Shown here: positions 20,164-31,036 of the stretch, piece by piece
How positions within the stretch are numbered: position 1 is the stretch's first letter
How the letters are laid out: the number at the start of each line of letters is the position of its first letter
Assembly (NCBI GenBank): GCA_965209155.1
Contig: OZ242383.1
Location: 1,664,001-1,728,000, forward strand
Length of the DNA stretch: 64,000 nucleotides
Direction of reading: 5' to 3'
Source of the DNA: a bacterium
GTDB taxonomy: Bacteria; SAR324; NAC60-12
The notes under the pieces: model-generated
Seen by the model: the letters and a program-made list of their open reading frames with translations, nothing else
Told to the model about the DNA's origin: nothing
Databases searched by the model: none
Position numbers and translations under genes: made by a program

Positions 20164-22052
20164 TGCAAGAAAAACCAAAATCTTTATTACGCTTCACCAC
20201 CACCGGCAGTGTGGATGATGGTAAATCTACTTTGCTTGGCCGGCTTTTGTATGAAACGCATTCTATTTTTGAAGACCAGTACGCTTCTATTGCGGAAACT
20301 TCGAAACGGAGTGGTAAGAGTGAAGTCGACCTGGCTTTGCTATTGGACGGTTTAGCTGCTGAGCGCGAACAAGGGATTACGATTGATGTAGCCTATCGCT
20401 ACTTTTCCACCAAAAAAAGAAAATTCATAATTGCTGATACTCCGGGGCATGAACAATATACCCGTAATATGGTTACCGGGGCTTCCACTGCCGAATTGGC
20501 AATTATTTTGATTGATGCCAGTAAAGGTGTATTGACCCAGTCAAAACGACATGGTTTTCTTCTTTCGCTATTGCAGGTTCCACGCCTGATCGTGGCAGTC
20601 AATAAAATGGATCTTGTAGACTATTCCCAAGAAGTTTTTGAAGCAATCATACAGGATTACTTAGCGTTTTCCGAAAAGTTGGACATCCATGAAATCACCT
20701 TCATTCCAGTTTCTGCTCTCAAGGGAGACAATGTGGTTTCCAAGAGTCTTCATACTCCCTGGTACGAGGGGGAAACCCTCTTACATCATCTGGAAAATGT
20801 CCACGTCAGCTTGGATAAAAACCTGATAGATTTTCGCTTCCCAGTACAACTCGTCCTTCGTCCGGATTCGCAATTTCGAGGATTTGCCGGTACGATCGCC
20901 TCCGGAGCAATTCGGGCGGGAGAGGAAATTGCAGTACTTCCTTCCGGAAAAACCTCGAGAATAAAAGAAATCCTCACCTATGACGGAGTTCTTGAGGAAG
21001 CTCGCAATGGACAAGCTGTGGTCTTACAACTTGAAGATGAAATCGATGTCAGTCGAGGCGACATGTTTGTACGTCCTCAAAATCTGCCTTATATGCATGA
21101 CCACATCGACTCCCACCTTTGCTGGATGGAGGAACAACCGCTTTCCCTCACCAGGCGATACCTGCTCAAAAATGGCGCAAAAATGGTCAATGCTTATATT
21201 TCTCGTATTCATTATACTGTAGATGTCAACACGCTTCATCGCCAGGAGGGGGCATCGACCTTTTATTTGAACGAAATCGGCAGGGTTGAAATCCAAACGA
21301 CACAACCCTTCTATTTTGATACCTATCGTAAAAATCGTGCGACTGGAAATTTTATATTGATAGATTCCGAAAGCAACCGTACAGTCGCGGCTGGAATGAT
21401 TCGGGGACTGACAACGTCTATTGACGATATCGTAGAACCTGTCAAGTCCCAGATCTCTTCCAATGTGGTATGGCAGGAAGCCAGCGTTGACTTACAGCAT
21501 TACATCCATAGAAACCAACACAAACCCGCAGTTTTATGGTTTACGGGTTTACCGAGTTCAGGTAAATCGACAGTAGCGCGTGTTTTGGTAAAACGCCTTT
21601 TTGAGCGGAGTTGCAATGTTGTCTTGCTCGATGGCGATAATGTGCGACATGGACTTTGTGGAGATCTCGGCTTTTCTATTGAGGATCGTAGTGAAAACAT
21701 CAGGCGTGTTGGAGAAGTAGCAAAACTGTTTTATCAAACCGGGCATGTCGTCGTTTGCACTTTCATCTCACCTCTCGCCAATGATCGTCAACTCGTGCGC
21801 TCCTTATTGGACGATCAGGGATTTTATGAAATCTATGTCAAATGTGATTTGGATGTTTGCATACGTCGAGATCCCAAAGGCCTCTATGCCAAAGCCATTG
21901 CCGGAGAGATATCTGATTTTACCGGCATTTCGTCTCCTTACGAAGAACCTGTCTCAGCGGAAATCGTAATTGAAACCGAGGTACTGACTGTTGAACAATG
22001 CGTAGACCGGATTGTCGACCAAATCCAGGATGTTTTTCTTAGAGTCAATTAG
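20163..22052 (+). CDS. cysNC: Sulfate adenylyltransferase subunit 1 fused to APS kinase
   Basis: GSVDDGKST, DTPGHEQYTRNM, NKMD; second domain WFTGLPSSGKST, LDGDNVR, RDPKGLY; GTG start overlaps cysD stop. Confidence 0.96.
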   Translation: MQEKPKSLLRFTTTGSVDDGKSTLLGRLLYETHSIFEDQYASIAETSKRSGKSEVDLALLLDGLAAEREQGITIDVAYRYFSTKKRKFIIADTPGHEQYTRNMVTGASTAELAIILIDASKGVLTQSKRHGFLLSLLQVPRLIVAVNKMDLVDYSQEVFEAIIQDYLAFSEKLDIHEITFIPVSALKGDNVVSKSLHTPWYEGETLLHHLENVHVSLDKNLIDFRFPVQLVLRPDSQFRGFAGTIASGAIRAGEEIAVLPSGKTSRIKEILTYDGVLEEARNGQAVVLQLEDEIDVSRGDMFVRPQNLPYMHDHIDSHLCWMEEQPLSLTRRYLLKNGAKMVNAYISRIHYTVDVNTLHRQEGASTFYLNEIGRVEIQTTQPFYFDTYRKNRATGNFILIDSESNRTVAAGMIRGLTTSIDDIVEPVKSQISSNVVWQEASVDLQHYIHRNQHKPAVLWFTGLPSSGKSTVARVLVKRLFERSCNVVLLDGDNVRHGLCGDLGFSIEDRSENIRRVGEVAKLFYQTGHVVVCTFISPLANDRQLVRSLLDDQGFYEIYVKCDLDVCIRRDPKGLYAKAIAGEISDFTGISSPYEEPVSAEIVIETEVLTVEQCVDRIVDQIQDVFLRVN

Positions 22053-22135
22053 TACGATTTTTCACAGAGATAATCGTACTATAAGTTTGTAGAGTTAAAA
22101 AATCAGGCGCTTATAAGACAATCGTTGAGATAAAC

Positions 22136-23272
22136 ATGCATCTTACTCATTTAGAAACTCCTTGTTTAATCTTGGAAAAAAGCAAACTTCACCAGAATGT
22201 TGTTTCAATGCGGCAACATTTAAAGGGACTGAACGTCGGTTTGAGACCTCACGTTAAGACTGCCAAATGCATGGATGTCATACGTTTGACTCTGGAGGGA
22301 CAACCGGGCGGCATTACGGTTTCAACGTTAAAAGAAGCTGAATATTTTTTTGAAAGAGGAATCAGTGACATTCTATATGCCGTCGGCATTGTCCCTGTTA
22401 AATTGGAAAGGGTTGCGGCTTTAAGAAAAAGAGGGGCGGATCTGGCGATATTGTTAGACACGATCGATCAGGCAAAGGCGGTGGCTGTCAAAGGTGAGGA
22501 ATTGGGGGTGATCTTCCCCGTACTGATTGAAGTTGATTGCGACGGGCACCGTTCCGGTGTCCAAGCCGGTGATCACGCGTTGCTGAATGAAATAGGAGAG
22601 ATCCTACATCACCATGAAAATACGGAATTGCGGGGAGTGATGACCCATGCCGGAGAGTCTTATAACTGCTATACCTTGGATGCCCTTGAAAGCATTGCAG
22701 TTCAAGAACGAAACGTAATTGTCGCCTGCGCTCAATCATTGCGGGAAGCGGGTTTGCCCTGTCCGGTGACCAGTGTGGGTTCTACTCCCACTGCCTTTTT
22801 TTCGAGGGACTTCAGTGGAATCTCAGAAGTCCGTGCCGGGGTGTACATGTTTCATGATCTTTGTATGGTAGGCTTGCAGGTTTGTCGCATTGAGGATATT
22901 GCGCTCTCGGTGCTGAGCTCGGTCATAGGATATCAAAAAGAAAAAGGATGGATCATTACCGACGCTGGTTGGATGGCTTTATCACGAGACGTCAGCACTG
23001 CCAGACAACCGCTTGATCAGGGCTATGGTGCAGTGTGTGGAACCGATGGTCGGATTCTTAAAGATTTGATAGTAGTGGAAACCAATCAAGAGCACGGCAT
23101 TCTGGCAGATCGCCACAATAAACTTTTAAACTACGAGCAATTTCCTATCGGCGCTCTCCTTCGCATTTTACCCAACCATGCATGCGCCACTGCCAGTATG
23201 CATGACCGCTACCACCTTGTCGATAGCTCTGCGGAAGTGCTTGATGTCTGGCACCGCTTCAACGGATGGTAA
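22136..23272 (+). CDS. PLP fold-III D-serine dehydratase / D-threonine aldolase (DSD1) family enzyme
   Basis: LRPHVKT, SVGSTPT, EVRAGVY, NQEHG, PNHACAT. Confidence 0.88.
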   Translation: MHLTHLETPCLILEKSKLHQNVVSMRQHLKGLNVGLRPHVKTAKCMDVIRLTLEGQPGGITVSTLKEAEYFFERGISDILYAVGIVPVKLERVAALRKRGADLAILLDTIDQAKAVAVKGEELGVIFPVLIEVDCDGHRSGVQAGDHALLNEIGEILHHHENTELRGVMTHAGESYNCYTLDALESIAVQERNVIVACAQSLREAGLPCPVTSVGSTPTAFFSRDFSGISEVRAGVYMFHDLCMVGLQVCRIEDIALSVLSSVIGYQKEKGWIITDAGWMALSRDVSTARQPLDQGYGAVCGTDGRILKDLIVVETNQEHGILADRHNKLLNYEQFPIGALLRILPNHACATASMHDRYHLVDSSAEVLDVWHRFNGW

Positions 23273-23345
23273 ACCCACATTCTGGTGGGTAGTTATCGTA
23301 TTGCTTCCCCTCGTCTTGTTTTAATCCAGCCGAATCGGACGTCTC

Positions 23346-24434
23346 TCAGAAAATGGCTTTTTCCGTATTGGTATCGAAAACGTGTAGTGATTCGGTATTG
23401 AACGTGACCTGTACTCCAGTACCCCGTTCTGGCATATCTTTTCCATCCACTTCGGCCATGATCTCATGACTGCCCAAAGTCAGATCCAACAAGGCGACCG
23501 CACCCAGCAACTCAGTCACTTCCACGTTGGCATCAAACTTCCATTCTCCCGGAGTGCTCTCCCGAGCCAAACCGACATCATTGGGTCGAATGCCGACAAC
23601 CACTTGGCTATTGGGCTTAACTTGATGCCCTTCTTTTTCTGGAAGGGTGAATTTGAAGGAATCCGATTGCAAAACCAGACTACCATTGGCACTCTGGACT
23701 TTCATAGGAATAAGGTTCATTGCGGGACTGCCTATGAAAGTGGCAACAAAAATGTTGTTTGGATTATTGAAAACCTCTTTGGGAGATCCAATTTGCTCGA
23801 TATAACCGTCCCGCATGACCACAATTCGATCTGCCAACGTCATGGCCTCCACTTGATCATGGGTCACATAAATCGTGGTGGTTTTCAATTGTTGGTGAAG
23901 TTTTTGAATCTCCAGACGCATTTGCGTACGAAGTTTGGCATCGAGATTGGATAGAGGTTCGTCAAATAGAAAGACTTCTGGAGTGCGCACCATAGCACGC
24001 CCCATTGCGACACGTTGCCTTTGTCCTCCCGATAATGCAGCGGGTCTTCGACTCAGGAGTTGTCCCAATTCCAGGATGTTGGCCACTTCATCGACTTTTT
24101 TCTTGATTTCCACTTTGGGCAATTTTTGTAGTTTGAGACCAAAAGCCATGTTCTGTTCGACCGTCATATGAGGATAGAGGGCGTAATTTTGGAATACCAT
24201 GGCAATTTTACGATCTTTCGGAGCGACGTCATTGACCACTCTATCTCCAATCTTGATTTCTCCTGCAGTGATATCTTCCAAGCCTGCCACCATACGCAAG
24301 GTAGTGGATTTTCCACAACCAGAGGGGCCAAGTAAGACCATGAATTCGTCATTTTTAATATCCAGGTCGATACCATGAACAACTTCCAAGTCACCAAAAC
24401 TCTTTACAACTTTATTCAAATTCACTGTTGCCAT
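23346..24434 (-). CDS. Sugar ABC ATPase (MalK/UgpC/MsiK family), stand-alone
   Basis: GPSGCGKST, LSGGQRQR, FDEPLSNLDAKLR, TOBE tail. Confidence 0.95.
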   Translation of the reverse strand: MATVNLNKVVKSFGDLEVVHGIDLDIKNDEFMVLLGPSGCGKSTTLRMVAGLEDITAGEIKIGDRVVNDVAPKDRKIAMVFQNYALYPHMTVEQNMAFGLKLQKLPKVEIKKKVDEVANILELGQLLSRRPAALSGGQRQRVAMGRAMVRTPEVFLFDEPLSNLDAKLRTQMRLEIQKLHQQLKTTTIYVTHDQVEAMTLADRIVVMRDGYIEQIGSPKEVFNNPNNIFVATFIGSPAMNLIPMKVQSANGSLVLQSDSFKFTLPEKEGHQVKPNSQVVVGIRPNDVGLARESTPGEWKFDANVEVTELLGAVALLDLTLGSHEIMAEVDGKDMPERGTGVQVTFNTESLHVFDTNTEKAIF

Positions 24435-24717
24435 ATCTTTTTCTCAGAAAAAGGTTTTATAAATGGGGATTGTTCCTTTCATTTACGAATAATTGACTCG
24501 TTGTTCTAAGAACAATAAACCACAATATAAGAAATGGAAATTAAATTTTCCAACCTCACATAAAAGTGGTGCATAGTCCATACAATCTTTGAGGATGATA
24601 TTTTTTCTTAGAATCACTACTTATACACAAAAAAAATATCAATTTCATCACCTAAATCAATTTAATTTGGATTTCTCATCGTGAAGTTCAAAACACCGGT
24701 AGATAAAAAAATTGGAT

Positions 24718-24827
24718 GTAACTATTCAGGTATCTTCAGAGAACCCATCGATAAGCACAGGTTTTGCGTGGCATTGAGGCCGGAAAGGACTTTATGCTCT
24801 CGAAAGTTCAAAAATATATTGATTCCC
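24718..24827. mobile_element. Family A element, left-end fragment
   Basis: GTAACTATTCAGGTATCTTCAGAGAACCC...AAATATATTGATTCCC matches 5284-5395. Confidence 0.85.
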
Positions 24828-24829
24828 AA

Positions 24830-25720
24830 TTAGCGGGGATCGGAATCTTTCTCTTGGAGGAGAGCACGCAGCCGTTCGATTTCCGAAAGCGCTTTTTCTT
24901 TTTCTTGTCGCTCTTGTTCTTTTTCTTGTCGCTCTTTTGCTGCTTTTGCCAAGGCGTTTTCTTCCCTTGCCAAGGCTTTTACTTTCAGTTGTCGCTCTTG
25001 TTCTTTTTGCTGACGCTCTTGTTGGAAGCTTTTCAGGAGAAACGGTTGGTAGAGAGGATCCTCAATTAATGTTTCAAAGGCCACCTGTTTTTCTAAATCC
25101 TCCAGACGAAAGGCGAAACGATCCAAAACCCGGGAATGAATCACCCCGGGCTCTTGGTGCTTCATCCTCTCATAAACCCCTTGCTCATTGAGGAAATAGA
25201 AGGCGGTGTGCTTGCGCAAACGGTCTAAAATATAATATTCCGCCACCCCTGCTTTGGCATATTCTCTTTTTTTGTGGACCGTATCCCGTTCCACCTCCGC
25301 GGGAGTCGAGTCGGATAAAAACTCGATACAGAGATCACAAACTCCCCTAAAAGAACGGTCCAGGGGTTGGGCCTCGACAAGATTGGAATGGAGAATCACG
25401 GCCAGATCCGGTTTGCGAATACTCACCTTTTTCTTTCCCAACTCCAAACGAAAGCCCATTTCCAAGATCATCATCCGTCCGATGGGAAAGACAGTCAAAT
25501 ATTCTTCTAATAAGCGATAAAACCATTGGTAGAGGGAGATGCTTAGAAAATCGGGCATGGGCTTTTCCTCCAAGAGTCCATTGTTCCATTCATATGAATG
25601 ATCCGGGTATTCATAATACGTCTTCCAATACTCAGCCTCACTCACCCTGAGCGGCTCCTTGGCAGAAGGAGGCAACCGTCTTGGAGAAGGGCGGTTTTTG
25701 ACGGATTCTAAAGTAGTCAT
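24830..25720 (-). CDS. Uma2-family PD-(D/E)XK putative endonuclease with coiled-coil repeat tail
   Basis: YEWNNGLLEE, RKPDLAV, CIEFLSDS, K.REYAKAGVAEYYILD; QERQ repeats; start after GAGG at 25720. Confidence 0.85.
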   Translation of the reverse strand: MTTLESVKNRPSPRRLPPSAKEPLRVSEAEYWKTYYEYPDHSYEWNNGLLEEKPMPDFLSISLYQWFYRLLEEYLTVFPIGRMMILEMGFRLELGKKKVSIRKPDLAVILHSNLVEAQPLDRSFRGVCDLCIEFLSDSTPAEVERDTVHKKREYAKAGVAEYYILDRLRKHTAFYFLNEQGVYERMKHQEPGVIHSRVLDRFAFRLEDLEKQVAFETLIEDPLYQPFLLKSFQQERQQKEQERQLKVKALAREENALAKAAKERQEKEQERQEKEKALSEIERLRALLQEKDSDPR

Positions 25721-25814
25721 GATGTCCTCGATGGGAAGGAAAGGTGAAATTTGTCGTCTTTTCAAAAACATAACACATTGTGGGGAGGAGAGCAATTTCT
25801 ATGTTGATCGACTT

Positions 25815-26145
25815 GTCACTATTCAGGTATCTTCAGTAAAGCCATCGATTCCCCAGCTCGAGGCTCTTCAAGAAGCCAGTCCACTCTTTGAAAAAGAACG
25901 AGAGCCATGGAAGCCAGAGCGCTTAGCACTCTGATTTACCTCCCTGGCAAAGCGTTTGCGATCATTATCACCATTGGAAAAACGCCGAATTGTGGAGTGA
26001 ACATCCGCTTTTTGGCTCATAATCATAACGAAAAAGAGGGTTCCTGATCGATTGAACCATATCGTGGAAGGACTTGAAAATTTTCCCGGAAATTTTTTTC
26101 AACGTTATTTGATTAAACGGGTTTTTCAGAGACCTGAATAGTTAC
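25815..26145. mobile_element. Family A element, internally deleted copy with both ends
   Basis: GTCACTATTCAGGTATCTTCAG ... GAGACCTGAATAGTTAC. Confidence 0.85.
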
Positions 26146-26174
26146 CAAATGAGTAAGCTATAAAGTTTTTTTAT

Positions 26175-28874
26175 TTACAGAGAAATTCCTCGCATTCCCC
26201 GGCTGACTTGATAGATGTGGTTAAGGCGGGCATTGTTTTTGGGCATGTATTTCCTTGAGAGGACCGCTTTCAACATACCGAGTAGTTGCTTGCTTCCTTG
26301 CTGGGGGTCTTGAGGTAATATCATATCGAAATCATCCTGAAATGGATTGTGGCGGTTACCTGACCATGTAACTTGCACTACGGCTATCATAGGATGTGAA
26401 GTTATTGGAAGATTTTTCAGGAAAGTAAACACAACTTGAGCACCACTTCCTCCAATGCCAGTCAAGCTCTCTTCCAGAGTAGCCGCTGCAGAAGCCATCA
26501 CATGGAATCCGGATACTTGCGCCTGTTGGCCGTAGGCCAGTGTGGGTTGCGGGAGATCCGCTAAAATTTCCTGACTGACTCGATTCAACAATACTGAAGA
26601 ATTTTCCGGAACAATTACGGAAAGTCCACCATCCAGCAGTTTTTGACAAAATATCGTTAGTGTGCTCTGTAAAAAATCCGGTAGTGGACCTCGAGTGAGG
26701 AGACCCACTCGTAAACCTTTAGCGTCCACCGTTTCTATTCGACCTTCACAAAGAGCAGGATGAGACTGGCACCAGGATATGGCTTTTTCCAGAACATTTT
26801 CGATTCCACCATCAAGTTGGATACTGAACCAGCCTACCTGTTCCGCATCTCCTCCTCGTTTTTCTAATTCCCGACGCATATAGGCGTTATGCGTTTTTTC
26901 ACAGCCATGTTCTAACGAGACGGCGAGGGCGACATTGGGATGCAATAGATGGCTCAAGTTTGTACGAACCAGGGCATCAATGTTGTTTCCCCCGGAAGAC
27001 CCACATCCTTCTGTATGAGGCAGGGCCACAAATCGTGAAATTTGCTGATTTTGATCAATTGCTTGCTGGTTGAGACGATCTGCCAGTATCTTGGCGATTT
27101 CGCTTGCGCACAAACTTGTGGGTAAGATCACTCCCACCCGGTCCGCTTGATGACCCTTGTTGCTGCGAATCGCCTCGTATTGAATAGGGGTATTACACTT
27201 CTGGTAACGCAGTGGCAGAGGAATTCCCGGCAACAGATCTTCTGTTTGCAGAGAGGAGAGATCCAATGTTTCGTCAAGGTACCAATTGCGCCAGAGATTG
27301 ACTTGAGAGTGACCGGCCTTTTCTCCTGCTGATTTTTCTCCTGACAAGACCCTCAAGGTCAACTCCAAGGCCTCCTTTCCCAGTGAATCGAGAGATTCTC
27401 CTTCCAAGTATCGTCCCGCGTTTATATCAATGTCTCCATGGAGTAAGTCAAATCGTTCCGTGGTTGTCATGATTTTCAAAGTCGGTACAAAGGGGAAATT
27501 AGTGATCGCTCCGTTGCCAGTGATAAAATATATCAGGTTTGCGCCGCTGGCCACTTGACCGGCAATGCTCTCGGGATCGTTTCCCGGGCTGTCCATAAAG
27601 TAGAATCCTGGTTCTTTCATGGGTTCAGCATATTCGATCACGTGGTCCAAGCGTACATCCGGATGCCTTTTTCGTGCAGCACCTATTGACTTAATGGCAA
27701 TATTATACAATCCTCTGTATACGTTACCACCGGACGGGTTCCCTTCTGCCGAATGCCCGTGCCGGTTCGTCCAATTCTTGAATCGCTCGGAAACAGAAAG
27801 AAATTTCCTCGCGACCTCCAGACTTCTCACGTTTTTCAAGACATATCCTTCTGATCCAATCAATTCATCGGTCTCAGCCAGGTTCGCAACACCACCATAT
27901 CGGATGATTTCTCTTCCTATCCACGACGCCAAAGGATTGCCTGATACCCCAGAAAAGGCGTCGGACCCTCCGCACTGTAGAGCCATTTTTACTTTGCTGA
28001 GTGGTTGTGGGCTACGTTTGAACCGATTGACTCGGGGCAACCATTGTTCAATCAATTCTTTGGCGCGAGTTAGTGCATCCTCATAAGATGTATCAATTCT
28101 GAAAAATTGATGGAGGACTTCGTCTAAAGGATAATGAAATTCTATTAAATAATCTTTCAAAGCCTGATTATTGATCACTTCATCCCCGAAATCGACACTC
28201 AATACCGCTCCCACATTTGAATGGATAAAAAAACCACTGAGCGTACGAAGTATGAGTGTCTTATTGTTGGGAGATTCTTCAGTCGCACCTTCCGTATGAG
28301 CAATGGGAACCACTCCATCCACGTTGGGATAAAAAGTGAATGGTCGCGTAGCTGAATTTTTATTGAAAGACGTGGTGAGATTGTTGACAAATCCTGCCGT
28401 CCGTGCACTGGTACCCAAAACAATAATATAATTACGCGTTCCCACTCCACGAATTCCTCGATCAAACCCTGCAAAAAACTTTTGCTCTTCGGAGAACAAC
28501 ACTTGTTTTCCTAATTTCAAGTCTTTATTCAAATCGACGGGACGGATGTAATTTTCGAAATTAGGGGATGACGGGAACTGCGAGGCCATGGATCGTTTTG
28601 CAAATTCCTCGAGCACCATGGCGTTGCACAAATAATCTCCTGGATGAATGGTGGTGAGTGCCTTGCCAAAGGGTTGTCCCCAGGAATAAAGGAATTCACC
28701 CTCCAGGATAGTTTTTACGGCAAAACGGTGCGCTAGAGGAATAGAGTTAGAAATTAAAATCTCTTTATCGTGATACCTGACGATTGTGCCTGCCTGGATT
28801 GCCCTCACCGCAATGGCAGAATTGTCATCGATATCAGGCAGTCTTGCTACATTTTCGAAAGTTTCTCTAATCAT
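26175..28874 (-). CDS. UxaA/GarD-family sugar-acid dehydratase with internal domain duplication
   Basis: N-terminal SAF domain, GTRNY, LQCGGSDAFSG, GNPSGGN, MDSPGND; second PHTEGCG/LEHGCE unit. Confidence 0.85.
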   Translation of the reverse strand: MIRETFENVARLPDIDDNSAIAVRAIQAGTIVRYHDKEILISNSIPLAHRFAVKTILEGEFLYSWGQPFGKALTTIHPGDYLCNAMVLEEFAKRSMASQFPSSPNFENYIRPVDLNKDLKLGKQVLFSEEQKFFAGFDRGIRGVGTRNYIIVLGTSARTAGFVNNLTTSFNKNSATRPFTFYPNVDGVVPIAHTEGATEESPNNKTLILRTLSGFFIHSNVGAVLSVDFGDEVINNQALKDYLIEFHYPLDEVLHQFFRIDTSYEDALTRAKELIEQWLPRVNRFKRSPQPLSKVKMALQCGGSDAFSGVSGNPLASWIGREIIRYGGVANLAETDELIGSEGYVLKNVRSLEVARKFLSVSERFKNWTNRHGHSAEGNPSGGNVYRGLYNIAIKSIGAARKRHPDVRLDHVIEYAEPMKEPGFYFMDSPGNDPESIAGQVASGANLIYFITGNGAITNFPFVPTLKIMTTTERFDLLHGDIDINAGRYLEGESLDSLGKEALELTLRVLSGEKSAGEKAGHSQVNLWRNWYLDETLDLSSLQTEDLLPGIPLPLRYQKCNTPIQYEAIRSNKGHQADRVGVILPTSLCASEIAKILADRLNQQAIDQNQQISRFVALPHTEGCGSSGGNNIDALVRTNLSHLLHPNVALAVSLEHGCEKTHNAYMRRELEKRGGDAEQVGWFSIQLDGGIENVLEKAISWCQSHPALCEGRIETVDAKGLRVGLLTRGPLPDFLQSTLTIFCQKLLDGGLSVIVPENSSVLLNRVSQEILADLPQPTLAYGQQAQVSGFHVMASAAATLEESLTGIGGSGAQVVFTFLKNLPITSHPMIAVVQVTWSGNRHNPFQDDFDMILPQDPQQGSKQLLGMLKAVLSRKYMPKNNARLNHIYQVSRGMRGISL

Positions 28875-29146
28875 TTCAATGGTTTGAAAATAGAATATTT
28901 AATGAAAAGAATCATGGTTGAGCACAGACGATATATTGAATTTTCTTAAAACCCCGAAAAAGATGTGAGAAAAGTAAATTCTCAGCGCACTTGTTTTTAA
29001 TGAATAGACCTTTATTGCGTTTTCTTGATGAATCAAGGGAAATAGTAAATATAGAAACCGATCACAACTGCCAGGAATATGAGAAGCAGTAATTTGAAAA
29101 TCACATGCCGTGCCACGCGATCTTTCATAAATCCTCAATTTATTTT

Positions 29147-30301
29147 TCACGCAAAAGCATTGATCCCGGTAATGTGTTTTCCAAGTACCAGGGTGTGGAT
29201 ATTGTCGGTCCCTTCATAAGTGAAGGTGGATTCCAGGTTCATCATATGCCGGATAACCGGATACTCCAAGCTGATGCCATTGGCGCCTAGCAGGTTGCGA
29301 GCCATTCTGGCAATATTCAATGCTTCTTTGCAGGCGTTCATTTTGGCAAGGGAGGTCATTATGAAAGAGTCCTTTCCCTCGTCCTTGAGTTGTCCCAGTC
29401 GCAAATTGACCAACTGCGCTTTGACGATTTCGGTAAACATGGCTGCCAGGTCTTTCTGGATCAACTGGAAGGATGCCAGGGGCTTGCCAAATTGATTTCT
29501 TTCCGTTGTATAGCTCAAAACCGTTTCATAGCAGTCAATGGCAGCCCCCACTGCCCCCCAAGCCACTCCATATCTGGCATGGTTGAGACAACTGAGGGGA
29601 GCTTTCAATCCCCGAGCATGGGGCAATTGGTTCGCATCGGGAACAAAGCAATCTTCCATTACCAGCTCACCGGTTGCAGATGCACGTAGAGACATTTTCT
29701 TTTTAATTTCAAACCGCTTGAATCCCTTGAATTCTTTTTCGAGAAGGAATCCGCGAATTCCTTCATCGGTTTTTGCCCAAACCAATGCCAGGTCGGCAAA
29801 GGAAGCATTGGTGATCCACATTTTAGACCCATTGACTATCCATCCGCCAACCGTTTTTTTGGCAAAGGTTCGCATACTACCAGGATCCGAGCCCGAATCC
29901 GGTTCGGTCAGTCCCATACATGCCACCCATTCTCCACTTGCCAGTTTCGGGAGAAATTTTATTTTTTGCTCTTCGCTACCGTATGTGAAAATGGGAAACA
30001 TACACAAAGAACTCTGTACGGAAACAAAACTGCGCAATCCCGAATCTCCCCGTTCCAGTTCCTGGTTCACGATCCCATAACTCACATAGCTACTCCCGCT
30101 GCCTCCATATTTTTCAGGAAGGGTCATACCCAATAAACCCAATTTTCCGATCTCAGGAATCAAATTTACCGGGAAATATCCTGCTTCATAAGCCTCTGTG
30201 ACGAGCGGTTTGAATTCCTTGTCGACAAACGCCCGGGTGGTCTCCCGCATCATCTTTGCGTCCTCAGACAACCAGTCATCCAATCGAAATAAATCTTCCA
30301 T
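29147..30301 (-). CDS. gcdH: Acyl-CoA dehydrogenase, glutaryl-CoA dehydrogenase-like
   Basis: ELERGDSGLRSFVSVQSSL, GLTEPDSGSDPGSM, GSKMWITN, TYEGT. Confidence 0.8.
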   Translation of the reverse strand: MEDLFRLDDWLSEDAKMMRETTRAFVDKEFKPLVTEAYEAGYFPVNLIPEIGKLGLLGMTLPEKYGGSGSSYVSYGIVNQELERGDSGLRSFVSVQSSLCMFPIFTYGSEEQKIKFLPKLASGEWVACMGLTEPDSGSDPGSMRTFAKKTVGGWIVNGSKMWITNASFADLALVWAKTDEGIRGFLLEKEFKGFKRFEIKKKMSLRASATGELVMEDCFVPDANQLPHARGLKAPLSCLNHARYGVAWGAVGAAIDCYETVLSYTTERNQFGKPLASFQLIQKDLAAMFTEIVKAQLVNLRLGQLKDEGKDSFIMTSLAKMNACKEALNIARMARNLLGANGISLEYPVIRHMMNLESTFTYEGTDNIHTLVLGKHITGINAFA

Positions 30302-30565
30302 TTTTTTCTTTCATTCTGTAGCGTGGAATTTCATTCAGCAAATTTTTAAGTTCGGGATTCGGGGAAAACAGGTAATTCCAATTGATTTCCATGAAAGAAT
30401 GGGGTAGTTCCATGGTTCATTCTTGGTGAATAGGGTGAGGGTGCTGTGTCATTTAGAAAAATATACATCTCTCCATTGCTTTCCGCAAGGCAATAGAAAC
30501 AATCAAAACTATGTCAAGGGACTGTCTTTGGAATCCTGGAATCAACTGTTCAAGAAGGAGGAGCA

Positions 30566-31000
30566 ATGCGCATAAGAGAACATATCCTCTATGACCGGAT
30601 TGTGAAAAACGTAAGATTGCACGGAAACAAGCCGGCCTTCACTATTGGAATTCAGACCTACTGTAATTGAGAGGCTTTACGAAGAAACTCGAACTGAATT
30701 TTGGGTAGGATTTGGTCAAACCGAAACAAGCAGCTTTCAGAAGTGGAGATGGTTTTATCGAAACACCTTGCAATCGAACGATGCGCTGTGATAGGAATTT
30801 CCGACAAGAAATGGGGAATTGCCGTAAAAGCAGTTTGCCAATTGAAAGCAGGAGAGACCCTCACTCTGGAGGAAGTGTCAGGGTTTATCGGGTGTCGAAT
30901 TGCCGGTTACAAAAAACCACGATATGCAGTGTTCGTGGAATACCTACCCGAAAAAGAGGGTAAAGTGGACCGGGATAAAGTCAAAGAATTATACGGATAA
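30566..31000 (+). pseudogene. Acyl-CoA synthetase (AMP-binding) reduced to three fragments
   Basis: AAGGAGG RBS then MRIREHILYDRIVKNVRLH; FWVGFGQTETS; C-terminal EVE...CAVIG..DKKWG...AGYKKPR. Confidence 0.75.
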
Positions 31001-31036
31001 AACAGGAACAATTTCCCTATAAATAAAGGAAACCCA

